Assembly: GCA_963808625.1 (NCBI GenBank)
Contig: CAWEHK010000029.1
Coordinates: forward strand, 1-64,000
Source of the DNA: an uncultured delta proteobacterium
GTDB lineage: Bacteria; Desulfobacterota; Syntrophobacteria; Syntrophobacterales; Syntrophobacteraceae
Length of the DNA stretch: 64,000 nt
Direction: 5' to 3'
Part shown: in pieces, positions 29,627 through 40,140 of the stretch
How the letters are laid out: each line of letters opens with the position of its first letter
Position numbering within the stretch: position 1 is the stretch's first letter
The notes under the pieces: model-generated
Database searches by the model: none
Seen by the model: only the letters and a program-made list of their open reading frames with translations
Told to the model about the DNA's origin: nothing
Made by a program: the position numbers and the translations under genes

Positions 29627-30896
29627 TCAGATATTCGAGGAACATTGGATCGAGTTCAAAGAGCGCCATCCGCCGTATGCTGGAGGGTATTACGAAGAGG
29701 TGGTGCAAAAGATGTTGGGTTGTGGAAAGGAAGCGGGAGGATACAGCGAATACCTGTGCACCTGTTGCGGGAAGGATATGCGGCGGATTGCCTTTACCTG
29801 TAAGAGTTGCTTTTGTTTGTCGTGTTGCAAAGGATACACGGATGATTTTGTGGCGCAGGTCAGCCGTGTATTGCAGCCTGGAGTGAGATACCGTCATATG
29901 ATCCTGACGGTTCCTGAGCAACAACGGATTATCTTCTATCGAGATCGGCATGAGGGGAAGCTCTTGTCGGCACTGATGCGTTGTGGGTATGAGTGCCTTG
30001 AAGATGTGGTGAGCTGCGCGGTGAGGCAGCAGGTGAAGATTGGAGCGATCGGTGTGGTGCAAACTCATGGTCGGTCTGGGCACTATAATCCGCATCTTCA
30101 CATTATCATGAGCAGTGGAGGGGTCAACGAAGAGACGGGTAAGTGGGTGGAGTTGGGGTATTTTCCGTATGAAATCATCCACAAGAAGTGGCAATATCAT
30201 CTCTTCAAGATGCTTAAGGAGATGGTTCCAACGACGGAGATGAGGTCCTTGATTGATGCTCTCTGGAAGAAGTACCCGAGAGGACTTGTTGCCCATGTGA
30301 CGAAAGGAAAAGTTCCAGAGCAATGCCGAGGCTTGGCCAAATACCTGGCCAAATATGTTGCCTCTCCTCCGATAGCCGTAAGACGGATCATGGGCTACAC
30401 CGGTCAGGAAGTGACGTACTGGTACAAGGATCACCAGACAAAGAAAAAAGAAGTGGTCACGGTCAACGTGATGACCTTCATTGGACGGATGGTTCAACAT
30501 ATTTTTCCGAAAGGATTTCAGCGGCTCCGCTACTATGGTCTGCAAGCAACGAAGACCTTCAAGAAATGGGTGGAGGTGATTAGGGAAGGATTACGTAGGG
30601 TAGGGCGAGTTATCAAGGGTACTTATGAGGTGGTTGCATCCAAGAAGTATCGTGAAAGGTTCCAGGAGATGAGCGGTCGAGATCCGCTGATTTGCAGATT
30701 CTGTGGTCGGGAGATGGATCTCTGGAAGATATGGCACCCCAAGTACGGGACGATCTACGATGAGTGGGAAAACCTCAAAGCGGGCAAATACGAAAGAATC
30801 GCTAAGAACAGAGATGGAACTTCAGGATGGGGAGGATATTCCCTTTGGCCCCCCTCCGGAGGAGTACAATTATCGCTGTTCCCTGTGCGGGTGTGA
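29627..30896 (+). CDS. IS91-family Y2 (HUH) transposase
   Basis: Zn-binding CTCC...CKSCFCLSC, RHMILTVP, HUH motif NPHLHII, Y2 motif YLAKY and RYYGLQ. The frame is open upstream of 29700 (IDRNIFRQIFEEHW), so the start is uncertain. Confidence 0.9.
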
Positions 30897-31047
30897 AGTG
30901 TGGGTCAACGAGGCGATCATCGATTTCGAGCTTGGCTTTGCCGAGTTTGAGGGAAGAGAAGTAGTTATGCCTGTTATTGGGTGTCCTGGCTGTAACCGGG
31001 AGACTATGCAATACACCGGGATCAAAAGTCCGCCCGAAGGGCGCTAA
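30814..31047 (+). CDS. small CxxC...CxxC zinc-finger protein inside the IS
   Basis: MELQDGEDIPF...YRCSLCG...IGCPGCN. Overlaps the transposase 3' end and stops 4 nt before the IS end. Confidence 0.55.
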   Translation: MELQDGEDIPFGPPPEEYNYRCSLCGCEVWVNEAIIDFELGFAEFEGREVVMPVIGCPGCNRETMQYTGIKSPPEGR

Positions 31048-31837
31048 GTCCACATCCTGCGCTCACTCCGCTTCGTGGAAAAGGAGATCCCCGTCACCGA
31101 ACGATACCCCGAAAAAAGCCGGCTCGGACTCTACCGGCTCCATGACCGTTTCTTTTCCTTCTGGTTCAGATATGTATTCCCCTACCGGAGCCGTCTGGAG
31201 ATCGGCAATACCGGGTATCTGCTGGCGAAGATCAGCGAAACCTTCGATCAGCACCTCTCCTTGGTGTATGAGGATGTCTGTCGGGAGATCTGTCTCGAAC
31301 TGCTGCAAGAAGGGGTCATGAACTTCTCTGCCATTGGTCGCTGGTGGGCAAAAACCGAGGAGATCGACCTGGTGGCCCTGGACGATGAGAGCAAAACCAT
31401 CTGGTTTGGCGAGTGCAAATGGAGCACGAAGCAGGTCGGCGAGGACCTCTACCAGGACCTGCGGCGCAAGGCCCAACGCGTCGATTGGGGCGGCAGGGAA
31501 CGGCACGAACGGTTCATCCTTTTCAGCAGGAATGGTTTTGCTCCGGCAATGCGACGGGTGGCGAAACAGGATGGTGTCGCGCTGGTGGCGGGGGAGGAGT
31601 TGGTAAGGTAATTACTCATCCGAAGTTTCGCCCGGCTCGGGCATAGTGAGTTGGCGCAGAGATGCTGAAACGCTGAGAGAGTAGCACAAACGGAAACCAG
31701 GTTGGGACGATCATCATTGCGACCACCATCAATATGGAGTCCCCTGCCGCTCCGGGCTTCTTGAACAATGGATTGAAACCACCCGAATAAAGCCTGGAGT
31801 TGTCTCAATCCGTGTTGGTTAGTCGCCGGTAGACTAG

Positions 31838-32460
31838 GAGGCTGTCCGAGAACTTCATGTTGCATATGTTTGATGAAAAGGAGAACCATCATCCGATCTT
31901 GACGCAGAGAGAATCATTTGGTCAGTTGTGACGAACAAATGCTTGAGGGATGGCCATTTTTCAAAAAAAGAAGGGGGATTCCCGCCAATTATCCTGCCAT
32001 AAGCACGGTTTTCCCCGTTCGAAGGCATACCTTTCAAATGTGAAGGCGTTTCACAATCACTTTAGAGGTTGTGAAACGTGCAAACCAGATAGAATTCTCC
32101 GTTGGTCTTCTTCAATCCACGCAAAAGGAAGCCTCGAAGACCGCCGTTCTTTATCTGTCCAAAGACAGGCTCGAGGCTCTTTTTGCGTTTCCGGTAGATC
32201 TGCCGTGGAGATTGCGGTTCGATCTTCTCGTTCATCTCCTGGTGCAACGGTTCTTTATCATCTGTGTGAATACTGCGAGGTTCCTCTTTCTGAGACTTGC
32301 AACGGCGAACTCGGTAAGAGGATGCGTCACAATCTTCCCTCTTCGCCCGATAAATCCGCTTGCCGTCCTCTCCTGTCTGGTTCAACTCCAAGGCCTTACC
32401 ACAAGCACAGGTGCAATAAGCGGGAAGGAGCGCGTCAATTTTTTAGGACTCAAGCACCCT
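31838..32460 (-). mobile_element. degenerate IS1182-like transposase remnant
   Basis: YRKRKKSLEPVFGQIKNGGLRGFLLRGLKK...LVCTFHNL at 32062-32391. An IR-like GGAGGCTGTCCGAGAA starts near 31838. Confidence 0.7.
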
Positions 32461-32586
32461 TCGGGGTAAGTGCTAAGCTTAATCCGAAGGCCCCCAAACC
32501 CCCAAGGCCAGATAGTCCTTGTAACGTTGAGTTCTTTTATTGTATTTCTAAACTGTATGTTCAGGAATGCAAGGAGTATGGTGGTC

Positions 32587-33747
32587 ATGATCCAACGTCC
32601 ACAAGTCATGAAAGCGGTTGCGACCGCGCTTGAAGAAAGCGCAGTGTGCGCTCTCATTGGGCCTCGCCAATGCGGTAAGACCACCCTGGCACGCCAGATA
32701 GGAGAGAAGCAAGAGGCGCACTTCTTCGACCTTGAAACGGCTACCGGTCGTGCCCGGCTGGAACATTCACCGGAATTGACGCTGAGCGAGCTGCATGGAC
32801 TGGTCGTCATCGATGAAATCCAGCGTCTGCCGGGGCTGTTCAGCACTTTACGTCCGCTGACCGACCGTCTCGATCACCCGGCGCGGTTTCTCATCCTGGG
32901 CAGTGCTTCACCGGAGCTGGTGAAGGGGGCTTCCGAGTCCCTTGCCGGCCGGTTGAGTTTCGTGGACCTGGGCGGATTCCGTCTGGATGAGGTGGGCGTG
33001 GACAATCTTCCCGCACTGTGGCTGCGCGGCGGTTTTCCGAGATCGTTTTTGGCGGCAAGCGACGGCGCCAGCGAGCGATGGCGGCGGAATTTTATCCGCA
33101 CGTTTCTCGAACGGGACATTCCCCTGTTGGGCATCCGCATTTCCGCAGAGACCCTGCGGCGATTCTGGATGATGGTCGCCCACTATCACGGGCAAATCTG
33201 GAACGGGGCCGAATTGGCGCGTTCGTTCGGCGTGTCCGAAACTACGGTGAGGCACTATCTCGATCTGCTGACCGGCGCCTATGTGCTGCGGCAGCTACCG
33301 CCCTGGTTCGAAAACATCGGCAAGCGGCAATATAGAGCCCCCAAGGTCTATGTCCGCGATACCGGACTCCTGCATAGCCTGCTGGGTATCCGGCGGCGTG
33401 ACGAACTCCTGGGGCACCCGAAGCTGGGAGCTTCATGGGAAGGGTTCGCTATTGAGCAGGTACTGGATGTTGCAGGGGCCACCGAGGCATTTTACTGGGG
33501 TACCCATGCAGGGGCGGAGCTGGACCTGGTTCTTTTTCGCGGTGGCAGGCGCTACGGGGTCGAGTTCAAACGTGCCGATGCCCCGCTGATGACCAAATCA
33601 CTGCACATTGCACTGGAGGATTTGAAGCTGGACCGGGCATGGATTGTCTATCCTGGAAAGGAACGCTATCCTGTGCATGAAAAGGTGCAGGTGTGCCCGC
33701 TGCCGGAACTGTTGGAAGAAATCGCAGGCCAGGGGTTGTCCCTATGA
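32587..33747 (+). CDS. AAA_14 ATPase with DUF4143 domain
   Basis: GPRQCGKTT, IDEIQR, LGSAS, ESLAGR, GGFP, KVYVRDTG and ELDL...VEFK. Confidence 0.92.
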   Translation: MIQRPQVMKAVATALEESAVCALIGPRQCGKTTLARQIGEKQEAHFFDLETATGRARLEHSPELTLSELHGLVVIDEIQRLPGLFSTLRPLTDRLDHPARFLILGSASPELVKGASESLAGRLSFVDLGGFRLDEVGVDNLPALWLRGGFPRSFLAASDGASERWRRNFIRTFLERDIPLLGIRISAETLRRFWMMVAHYHGQIWNGAELARSFGVSETTVRHYLDLLTGAYVLRQLPPWFENIGKRQYRAPKVYVRDTGLLHSLLGIRRRDELLGHPKLGASWEGFAIEQVLDVAGATEAFYWGTHAGAELDLVLFRGGRRYGVEFKRADAPLMTKSLHIALEDLKLDRAWIVYPGKERYPVHEKVQVCPLPELLEEIAGQGLSL

Positions 33748-33814
33748 AATACCTTCGGTCCCGACCGGAAGTCGCTCAGGCTTAACCCTTTCTTTGCTGG
33801 GCAATACCCGAAGT

Positions 33815-33856
33815 TGTCTCAGGAAACAGAACTGTCTCTTAATTGAATTTGAGACA
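33815..33856. promoter_or_regulatory. enhancer-like site (half-site plus TGTCTCT-N10-TGAGACA palindrome)
   Basis: TGTCTCA at 33815, palindrome at 33833-33856. Same architecture as 39027-39068. Confidence 0.7.
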
Positions 33857-34053
33857 CCATCGCTCATTCGATTTTGTGAACTTTGGATGGCAGACGAACC
33901 ATCTCGGCTGGTTTCCACTTTCCTTGTTATCTGTGGATGATTTGTCTCAAAAGTGTTTCAGGATAAAGCCGCACTGGCTGCCAATTCTTCTTCCTTTTCT
34001 TCAACATGTTGAAAATGTTATGGTTGCGGCGGCGACCATGGGGGGCTCTTGTT

Positions 34054-34069
34054 TGGCACGGCTCTTGGA
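34054..34069 (+). promoter_or_regulatory. probable sigma54 promoter for the rubredoxin cluster
   Basis: TGGCACGGCTCTTGGA: perfect -24 element, -12 is TTGG instead of TTGC. An IHF-like TTCAACATGTTG lies near 34000. Confidence 0.55.
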
Positions 34070-34197
34070 TTTCCGTTCTATCGGGAAATAGGAGGGGATC
34101 GGCTTTCGGCAGGAAGTTTTGGAGAAATGGTTGAGGTCGGAGGCTGGCATGGAAAAGGCCCGAACCAGGTGGACATGGAGCAGACAGGAGGTTAACG

Positions 34198-34404
34198 GTG
34201 GCGAAACCGGAAGAAATATATCAGTGCCAGACGGTGAACTGTGGTTATCTTTATGATCCCGACCGGGGTGATAGAAAAAGTAAGACGCCTAAGGGCACCG
34301 CGTTTGAGGACCTCCCCGACGATTGGAAATGCCCCGTGTGTGGCGCCGGCAAAAAGATGTTCCGACCGCTTCGCGGTCCCGGGTCGGTAGCCGAAGAAAA
34401 ATAG
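34198..34404 (+). CDS. rubredoxin (CxxxxC variant)
   Basis: [14 protein letters not shown]...[18 protein letters not shown]. Confidence 0.93.
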   Translation: MAKPEEIYQCQTVNCGYLYDPDRGDRKSKTPKGTAFEDLPDDWKCPVCGAGKKMFRPLRGPGSVAEEK

Positions 34405-34478
34405 TGATGGGCATGAATGGGATCATACGTTCCAGGGCGGAAGGGACATTGGGCGTCTGAGGTGCTCGGGAGGTGATG

Positions 34479-34670
34479 ATGGCGAAGGAACATATTCCGG
34501 CAGGAAGCAAGGTCGCTCCGGGAAAATATCGTTGCAATGCCTGTGCGAACCAGTATGAATGCACCCTGGAAGGTGAAGAGCTTCCCCTGTGTCCGGTTTG
34601 CGACAGTGCCTCGTGGCGGACCCAGCAACTCTCAAGAGAGGCGAGTGGGAGGAAGAATGAGCGCCCATGA
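34479..34670 (+). CDS. small zinc/iron-ribbon protein
   Basis: PGKYRCNAC...LPLCPVC. GGAGG RBS. Confidence 0.7.
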   Translation: MAKEHIPAGSKVAPGKYRCNACANQYECTLEGEELPLCPVCDSASWRTQQLSREASGRKNERP

Positions 34671-34878
34671 TGTGACGATTTTTCGACCGTATGACTTTGC
34701 CGTTGGCGAAAAGATCACCATTGCAGGCGGACCGCGCCGGGGTGATTGGGAAGTCATCGGGTTAAGCGAGCGGAAAGTGCAACTGCGCTGTCCGGTTACG
34801 CAACGCGAGGTGGAGTGGGACCGCTTCTGTTACTACGTGGAAAATGTCGCGGAGGTGGAATGGCCTCATCTTGACTGA
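34657..34878 (+). CDS. small hypothetical protein
   Basis: GGAGG RBS. IFRPYDFAVGEKI...GDWEV...LRCP. Confidence 0.7.
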   Translation: MSAHDVTIFRPYDFAVGEKITIAGGPRRGDWEVIGLSERKVQLRCPVTQREVEWDRFCYYVENVAEVEWPHLD

Positions 34879-34949
34879 CATCTAGGCCAAGAGCAGTTTT
34901 TACGCGCCAATTTGGCGCCTATTAGAATGACCATGACCAGGAGGATGCG

Positions 34950-35387
34950 ATGGAACTTCCGGTATACGTAACTGTGGATGAAGTAAAGAGGGTGTGCCAG
35001 GCCCTCAAGATCAGTGACTGGACGGCCCTGACCGAGGCCAAGGTGCGGCCCGAAGAGGCGGCTGTTGTTCTTGCCGAGATAAACCAGGAAGGCATGCCGA
35101 TCACCCTGGAGCGGTTCTGCCGGGGACTCGAGGTGGAGCTGGAGCACGGTATTCGTTTTAAGGACGCCAATGTGACCAACAATCACCCGATCCTTACGGG
35201 CAAGATCGTCCTGGCTCATTTCAAGGAAATGCTTGACTACTACGAACGCCTTGAGGTTGCCGAACTGGAAGGTGATTTGCTGAAAGCGATGGTTGCCGGT
35301 AACGCTCAAAAGGTTGCATCCTACTACCGGAGACTTGTTGCAGCGAAGCTTGAGCTGATTCAGGCTGAGTCGGAGCAATTGCCTTAG
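34950..35387 (+). CDS. DUF5661-like helical protein
   Basis: GLEVELEHG...NVTNNHPILTGKIVLAHFKE...DYYERL. AGGAGG RBS. Confidence 0.75.
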   Translation: MELPVYVTVDEVKRVCQALKISDWTALTEAKVRPEEAAVVLAEINQEGMPITLERFCRGLEVELEHGIRFKDANVTNNHPILTGKIVLAHFKEMLDYYERLEVAELEGDLLKAMVAGNAQKVASYYRRLVAAKLELIQAESEQLP

Positions 35388-35605
35388 TGCAACTCCGCAT
35401 CAATGAGTGTCCGAAGCGAGATCGTCATACCGGCGGAAGCAGGGGTCCAGGACCCCACGGAAAAACTGGGTTCCGGCTTTCGCCCATCTGCGTTAAGTTG
35501 ATGAGTTTTCACGTGATACTGAATGCTTACAGAAATGACGATTGAGAGCGTCCTGACGATTTTGAGATAGTTTCTCTAGGGTCGAGGGCGAAATGGGGTG
35601 GCCTT

Positions 35606-37528
35606 TTGAAGGTTATGGAAGGGAGTATTTTCTTGAGGAGAGCAAGAATATCAGCTGTTGACTTGAAGTGTGGGATGCCTCTCCTGCTGTTTTTGCTCTT
35701 CTTCGTTACGGCGTGTGCAACGCCGGTCGGTGTGACCAGGATCGATCCCCGTAGTGTCCATCAGGAACTGACGAGCAATGTCCTCTCTACGGGGACGCCG
35801 AGCGGGTCCGACTGAAATTGTGCTCAATCGGCATGATCTTCATGAGCGGTTCGCGAAAGATCCGGAGGCTGCTCTTGGCGCCCTTCACCAGATCGTTGTT
35901 TCCGGGAGAGGTGGGGCGGACGAAATCGCTGCCCTGGCGGAGCTCTCTTTTCTTCACGCCGAAAAAACCAGGAAACGCTCCTACTACCTGGCGGCATCAG
36001 TCTATGCCTGGGCTTTTCTCTTCCCGGAAGGGGCAGGTGAGCCCCCTAGACCAGCTTTGACCCTCGTTTTCGCCTCGCTTGCGATATTTACAACCGGGGG
36101 CTGACGTCGGGGTTCCAATCGGAGGATGGCTCGGCGGTGGTGCTCCATTCCGGGACCTTCGAGCTGCCCTTCGGCAAACTGGAAGTGGATTTCGACCGTA
36201 CCTCGATGGAATGGTATGGCCGGGAGCTGGTCGATTTTGCAACCAGTTGCCGAGCTTGATGTGTGGGGTTTGAGGAACCGTTATCGCCAGTCCGGTATCG
36301 GAGCCCCGCTGGCAGCCAGGACGGTACTTCCGGATGCGAGCAAGGGGTCTAAGGACCTGGTCGGAGCGAAAGTCCGGGTGCCGGTGACCCTGGTCCTGCG
36401 CCTCGGTGACGTCAAGAATGAGTTGGGTGAGGGCTTCATCCGTCGGCTCTATGAGGATTTACGCTACCGATGACGTGGCTTCGGTGCGCATCGGTGAGCG
36501 TACGGTTCCCCTTGAAGCGGAGCCTACCGCTTCCCTGGCCGTCGTGCTGGCGGACCCGAATCTCTGGGAGATGGAGCTCAAGGCCTTCTTCGGGGGAGAA
36601 TACATACGAAAATTCCTGCACCAAACCTCGCGTCAAAGCCAGCTCGTTGCCCTGCATCCCTATCAGCCCGGCCTTATCCCCGTGGTGTTTGTGCATGGCA
36701 CCGCTTCCAGCCCAGGCCGCTGGGCCGAAATAACCAATGAACTCCGTAATGACCCCTTGATAAGGGAGCATTTCCAGTTCTGGTATTTCTTCTACGACAG
36801 CGGGAACCCGATCGCCTATTCGGCCATGCTGCTCCGGGACGCATTGACCGAGACGTTGCAGAGGCTCGATCCGGAGGGGAAAGACCCGGCCCTTCACGAG
36901 ATGGTCATCATCGGGCACAGCCAGGGTGGCCTCCTCGCCAAGATGACCGCAATCGACTCGGGAACAAAGTTTTGGGACGGTTTGAGCAACAAACCTTTCG
37001 ATCAGGCCGAAATGAAGGAAGAGACGCGCGACCTCCTGCGCCGGGGGCTCTTTGTTAAACCGCTTCCCTTTGTGAAGCGGCTGATTTTTATTGCTACCCC
37101 CCAGCGGGGCAGTTTCATCGCCGGATGGGGCATCGTCAAACGGCTCACGGGCCTGCTGCTGAAACCTGCCACGACCGTCCTGTCGATCACCACCGATGTC
37201 CTTTTTCTGGGCAAACGGATGCCTTCGCCATGAACCTGCAAAAACGTGTGCCCAGCAGCGTGGATAACATGAACCCCCGCAACCCCTTCATCAAGACCCT
37301 GGCCTCAATCCCGGTGGCCCCGGGTGTGGCTTATAACTCCATCATTTCGGTCAAGCAGAGACCGACATCGAGAACGGGGATGATGGCGTTGTGAAATACC
37401 AGAGCGCCCATCTGAGCGATGCCGAGTCCGAACGGGTGGTGCATTCGGACCACTCGTGCCAGGGCAATCCCTACACCATCGAAGAGGTCCGACGGATCCT
37501 GCTTCTTCAAGTCTCAACCAAAAATTGA
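35606..37528 (+). CDS. alpha/beta-hydrolase lipoprotein (lipase/esterase-like, several frameshifts)
   Basis: Lipobox FVTAC, PVVFVHG, GHSQGG, DGVVKY and HSCQG, spread over consecutive frames. Confidence 0.8.
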
Positions 37529-37698
37529 CCATGACCGAGTCCCTCCGGCGGCGGCATCGCCGATACTGATGCTGCCGCCATTTGTTCGGCCTGCCCGTTT
37601 GTGATTTTCCTTTTTTCTTCCCTTTTTTGAAAAATATCTGTAGTTTTAGCCAGTTCGAAGGAAGAGTCGCCCTGCCCCATAGCGATCGAGGCGTTAGG

Positions 37699-39036
37699 AT
37701 GAACAATTTGGACCTGGAAAGCCTGTTAGCCGACAAGAGAAACCTGGAGCAAATCCTTGACAACCTGATGGAAGGGATCATTGCTCACGACAAAGGCCGG
37801 CGCATCCTGTTTTTCAACCGGGCGGCCGAGGCTATCACGGGGTTTCGGAAAGAGGAAGTGATCGGCAGGGACTGTCATGTGGTTTTGGGGGGGCCCTTTT
37901 GTGGCAGCAGGTGCTCGTTTTGCGGGGAGGCGCCCAGTAGTCTCACCCATGCCAGTTATCCTTTAAACATCCTCACGAAGAGCGGGGAGACTCGCCACAT
38001 CGAAATGTCCGTGACGGGGATGACGGATGAAAAGGGGTGTTTTGTCGGCGTCCTGGCGGCCTTTCGCGATATGACCGACCTGATCGGCCTGAGGACTCGC
38101 CTGGGTGAACTTACGAGTTTTGCCGGAATCATCGGCCGCGACCAGAAGATGCTCAAGATTTTTGAAGAAATTCGGGATTTGGCGACGAACGATTTTACCG
38201 TGCACGTTAGCGGCGAAACAGGCACGGGCAAGGAATTGGTAGCCGCCGCCATCCACCATGAAAGTCACCGTAGCGGCGGACCGTTTGTGCCCGTAAACTG
38301 CGGGGCGCTCCCGGAAGGATTGCTCGAAAGCGAGCTCTTCGGTCATGTGAGGGGGGCGTTCTCCGGGGCGATTCGCGACAAAAAGGGGCGTTTCGAGCTT
38401 GCCCACGGCGGCACGATTTTCCTCGACGAAGTGTCCGACCTGCCGAAACCGATGCAGGTGAAGTTGCTCCGGGTCCTCCAGGAGGGCGCTTTTGAACGCG
38501 TCGGAGGGGAAAAAACCATCACCGTCGATGTGCGGGTGATCAGCGCCGCCAATCGTGACCTGAAGCGGGAGATGGAAAAACAGAATTTTCGGGAAGACCT
38601 CTATTATCGGTTGAATGTCGTACCGATCCGTTTACCGGCACTGCGGGAGCGGAAAAACGACATTCCTCCGCTCGTTGCCCACTTTCTGGAAGAGGCGGCA
38701 AAGCGAGGCCAGGGTTCGAAAGGAATCTCCAAAGAGGCCCTCTCGCTCATGATGAAGTATTCCTGGCCGGGCAATGTCAGGGAGTTGCGGAATGCCGTTC
38801 ATTTTGCTCTGGTCACTTCGAAAGGGAGCGTGATCACTCCGGAGAATTTGCCCATCGAACTCCGTAAAGACGCTTTGGGCGGTGCCAAACCGGGACCTTC
38901 CAAGAAGCTTGGAGAAGATGCGGTCATCGCAGCGTTGAAGGAATCAGGCGGCAACAAAGCCAAAGCAGCCAAACTCCTCGGCGTCGGCCGGGCAACCCTG
39001 TACCGTTTTCTTGCAGACCTGCATGGTGTTTCATAA
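37699..39036 (+). CDS. PAS-domain sigma54 enhancer-binding protein (OrpR-like Cys motif)
   Basis: PAS with C-x8-C-x3-C-x2-C, GETGTGKE, GAFSGA, FLDE, WPGNVREL and a Fis-type HTH. Confidence 0.92.
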   Translation: MNNLDLESLLADKRNLEQILDNLMEGIIAHDKGRRILFFNRAAEAITGFRKEEVIGRDCHVVLGGPFCGSRCSFCGEAPSSLTHASYPLNILTKSGETRHIEMSVTGMTDEKGCFVGVLAAFRDMTDLIGLRTRLGELTSFAGIIGRDQKMLKIFEEIRDLATNDFTVHVSGETGTGKELVAAAIHHESHRSGGPFVPVNCGALPEGLLESELFGHVRGAFSGAIRDKKGRFELAHGGTIFLDEVSDLPKPMQVKLLRVLQEGAFERVGGEKTITVDVRVISAANRDLKREMEKQNFREDLYYRLNVVPIRLPALRERKNDIPPLVAHFLEEAAKRGQGSKGISKEALSLMMKYSWPGNVRELRNAVHFALVTSKGSVITPENLPIELRKDALGGAKPGPSKKLGEDAVIAALKESGGNKAKAAKLLGVGRATLYRFLADLHGVS

Positions 39037-39068
39037 TACACTTATGTCTCATAATTATTTGTGAGACA
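39027..39068. promoter_or_regulatory. enhancer-like site (half-site plus TGTCTCA-N10-TGAGACA palindrome)
   Basis: TGTTTCA at 39027, perfect palindrome at 39045-39068. Confidence 0.75.
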
Positions 39069-39272
39069 GTTTCCGGGTCATCCCATGCGGCCCTCTCGCG
39101 GCTGCAAAGCGCATTGCCGGGACCCGAAAACGCCCATTGCCCTGCCGCACCCTTCGGGTGTTTCACGGATGTCTCAGTACCTGCCGAATAATCTTCCTGC
39201 AGGCTTCATGTCTTTTGATTAACAATCCGAAGTTACTAGTATTTATCACTTTGAAGCTGAGCCGCAGGGAAA

Positions 39273-39288
39273 TGGTATGGACCCTGCA
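39273..39288 (+). promoter_or_regulatory. probable sigma54 promoter for the rubrerythrin-cydAB run
   Basis: TGGTATGGACCCTGCA with exact GG-N10-GC spacing. Confidence 0.65.
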
Positions 39289-39342
39289 TTAAACGAGCAG
39301 TGTGTTGCAATAACAAGCTACTATTCTGCCGGAGTGTGCCGC

Positions 39343-39552
39343 ATGATAAGGCCTTGTAATGAAAAGATTCTCAGGACCCTGGAGGTGGCTGAGCGGATGA
39401 TCGAAATCGCAGACGAGGGCGACATGGTGCGGGAAGACGGCGGATGTGGCGTGTTGTATGGCGTTCTCCGGGATTCTGCGTATAAGATCAAGAAGCTGGC
39501 GGAAGAGGAAAAGGATGCCCACGTGAGGAAGGGGTGGTGGGGTCCGGCTTAA
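39343..39552 (+). CDS. small hypothetical protein
   Basis: ADEGDMVREDGGCGVLYGVLRDSAYKIKKLAEEE. First gene after the sigma54 promoter. Confidence 0.75.
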   Translation: MIRPCNEKILRTLEVAERMIEIADEGDMVREDGGCGVLYGVLRDSAYKIKKLAEEEKDAHVRKGWWGPA

Positions 39553-39633
39553 TGCCCACCCCCAGGGAGTTGCGTGGACGTGTTTGATTGAGTCAACAGC
39601 GAGATAACTTTATCCAAAATTAGGGAGGACAAG

Positions 39634-40128
39634 ATGACGAGAACAGAACAAAATTTGTTGGATGCTTTCGCGGGGGAATCTCAGGCCAACCGCAAGTACC
39701 TGGCTTACGCCAAACAGGCGGACAAGGAGGGTTATCCTCAGGTCGCGAAACTTTTCAGGGCCGCCGCTGAAGCCGAAACAGTCCATGCTCATGCCCATCT
39801 GCGCACTCTTGGCAAGATCAAGAGCACCGCCGACAACCTGAAAGATGCGATTGCCGGGGAGACCCATGAGTTCAAGAGCATGTATCCGGCGATGATCGCA
39901 GCTTCCCGGGAAGAAGGCAATAAGGCGGCAGAACGCAGCTTCAGCTATGCCAACGAGGTCGAGGAATACCACGCCGGTCTCTACGAAAAAGCTCTCGAAA
40001 AGATGGCGGCCCTGGAGCAAGTCGATTACTATGTCTGCTCGGTTTGCGGCTACACCTGTGAAAAGGAGCCGCCGGGGACATGTCCGGTGTGCGGTTCGAA
40101 CGCCAAGGTGTTTTTCAAGGTGGACTGA
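39634..40128 (+). CDS. rbr: rubrerythrin
   Basis: AFAGESQA, AETVHA, GETHE, EEYH and CSVCG...CPVCG. Confidence 0.95.
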   Translation: MTRTEQNLLDAFAGESQANRKYLAYAKQADKEGYPQVAKLFRAAAEAETVHAHAHLRTLGKIKSTADNLKDAIAGETHEFKSMYPAMIAASREEGNKAAERSFSYANEVEEYHAGLYEKALEKMAALEQVDYYVCSVCGYTCEKEPPGTCPVCGSNAKVFFKVD

Positions 40129-40140
40129 GAGGAGGTCAAA

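Larger units (their letters stand above)
29514..31051 (+). mobile_element. IS91-family rolling-circle insertion sequence, 1538 bp, no target duplication
   Basis: Precise interruption of the host ORF right after CTTG. The left end is ATAGTATAGGAATTT (oriIS-like). The right end has the hairpin CGCCC-GAA-GGGCG and ends in GTCC. Confidence 0.88.
28682..31611 (+). pseudogene. archaeal-type AAA+ ATPase with wHTH and DUF234-like nuclease domain, split by an IS
   Basis: FVNRKEEL, YGRRRVGKT and IDEFPYL. Removing 29514-31051 restores ...HLSRYL-D-ILRSLRFVEKE in frame. The C-terminus has EIDLVA...GECKW. Confidence 0.9.
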
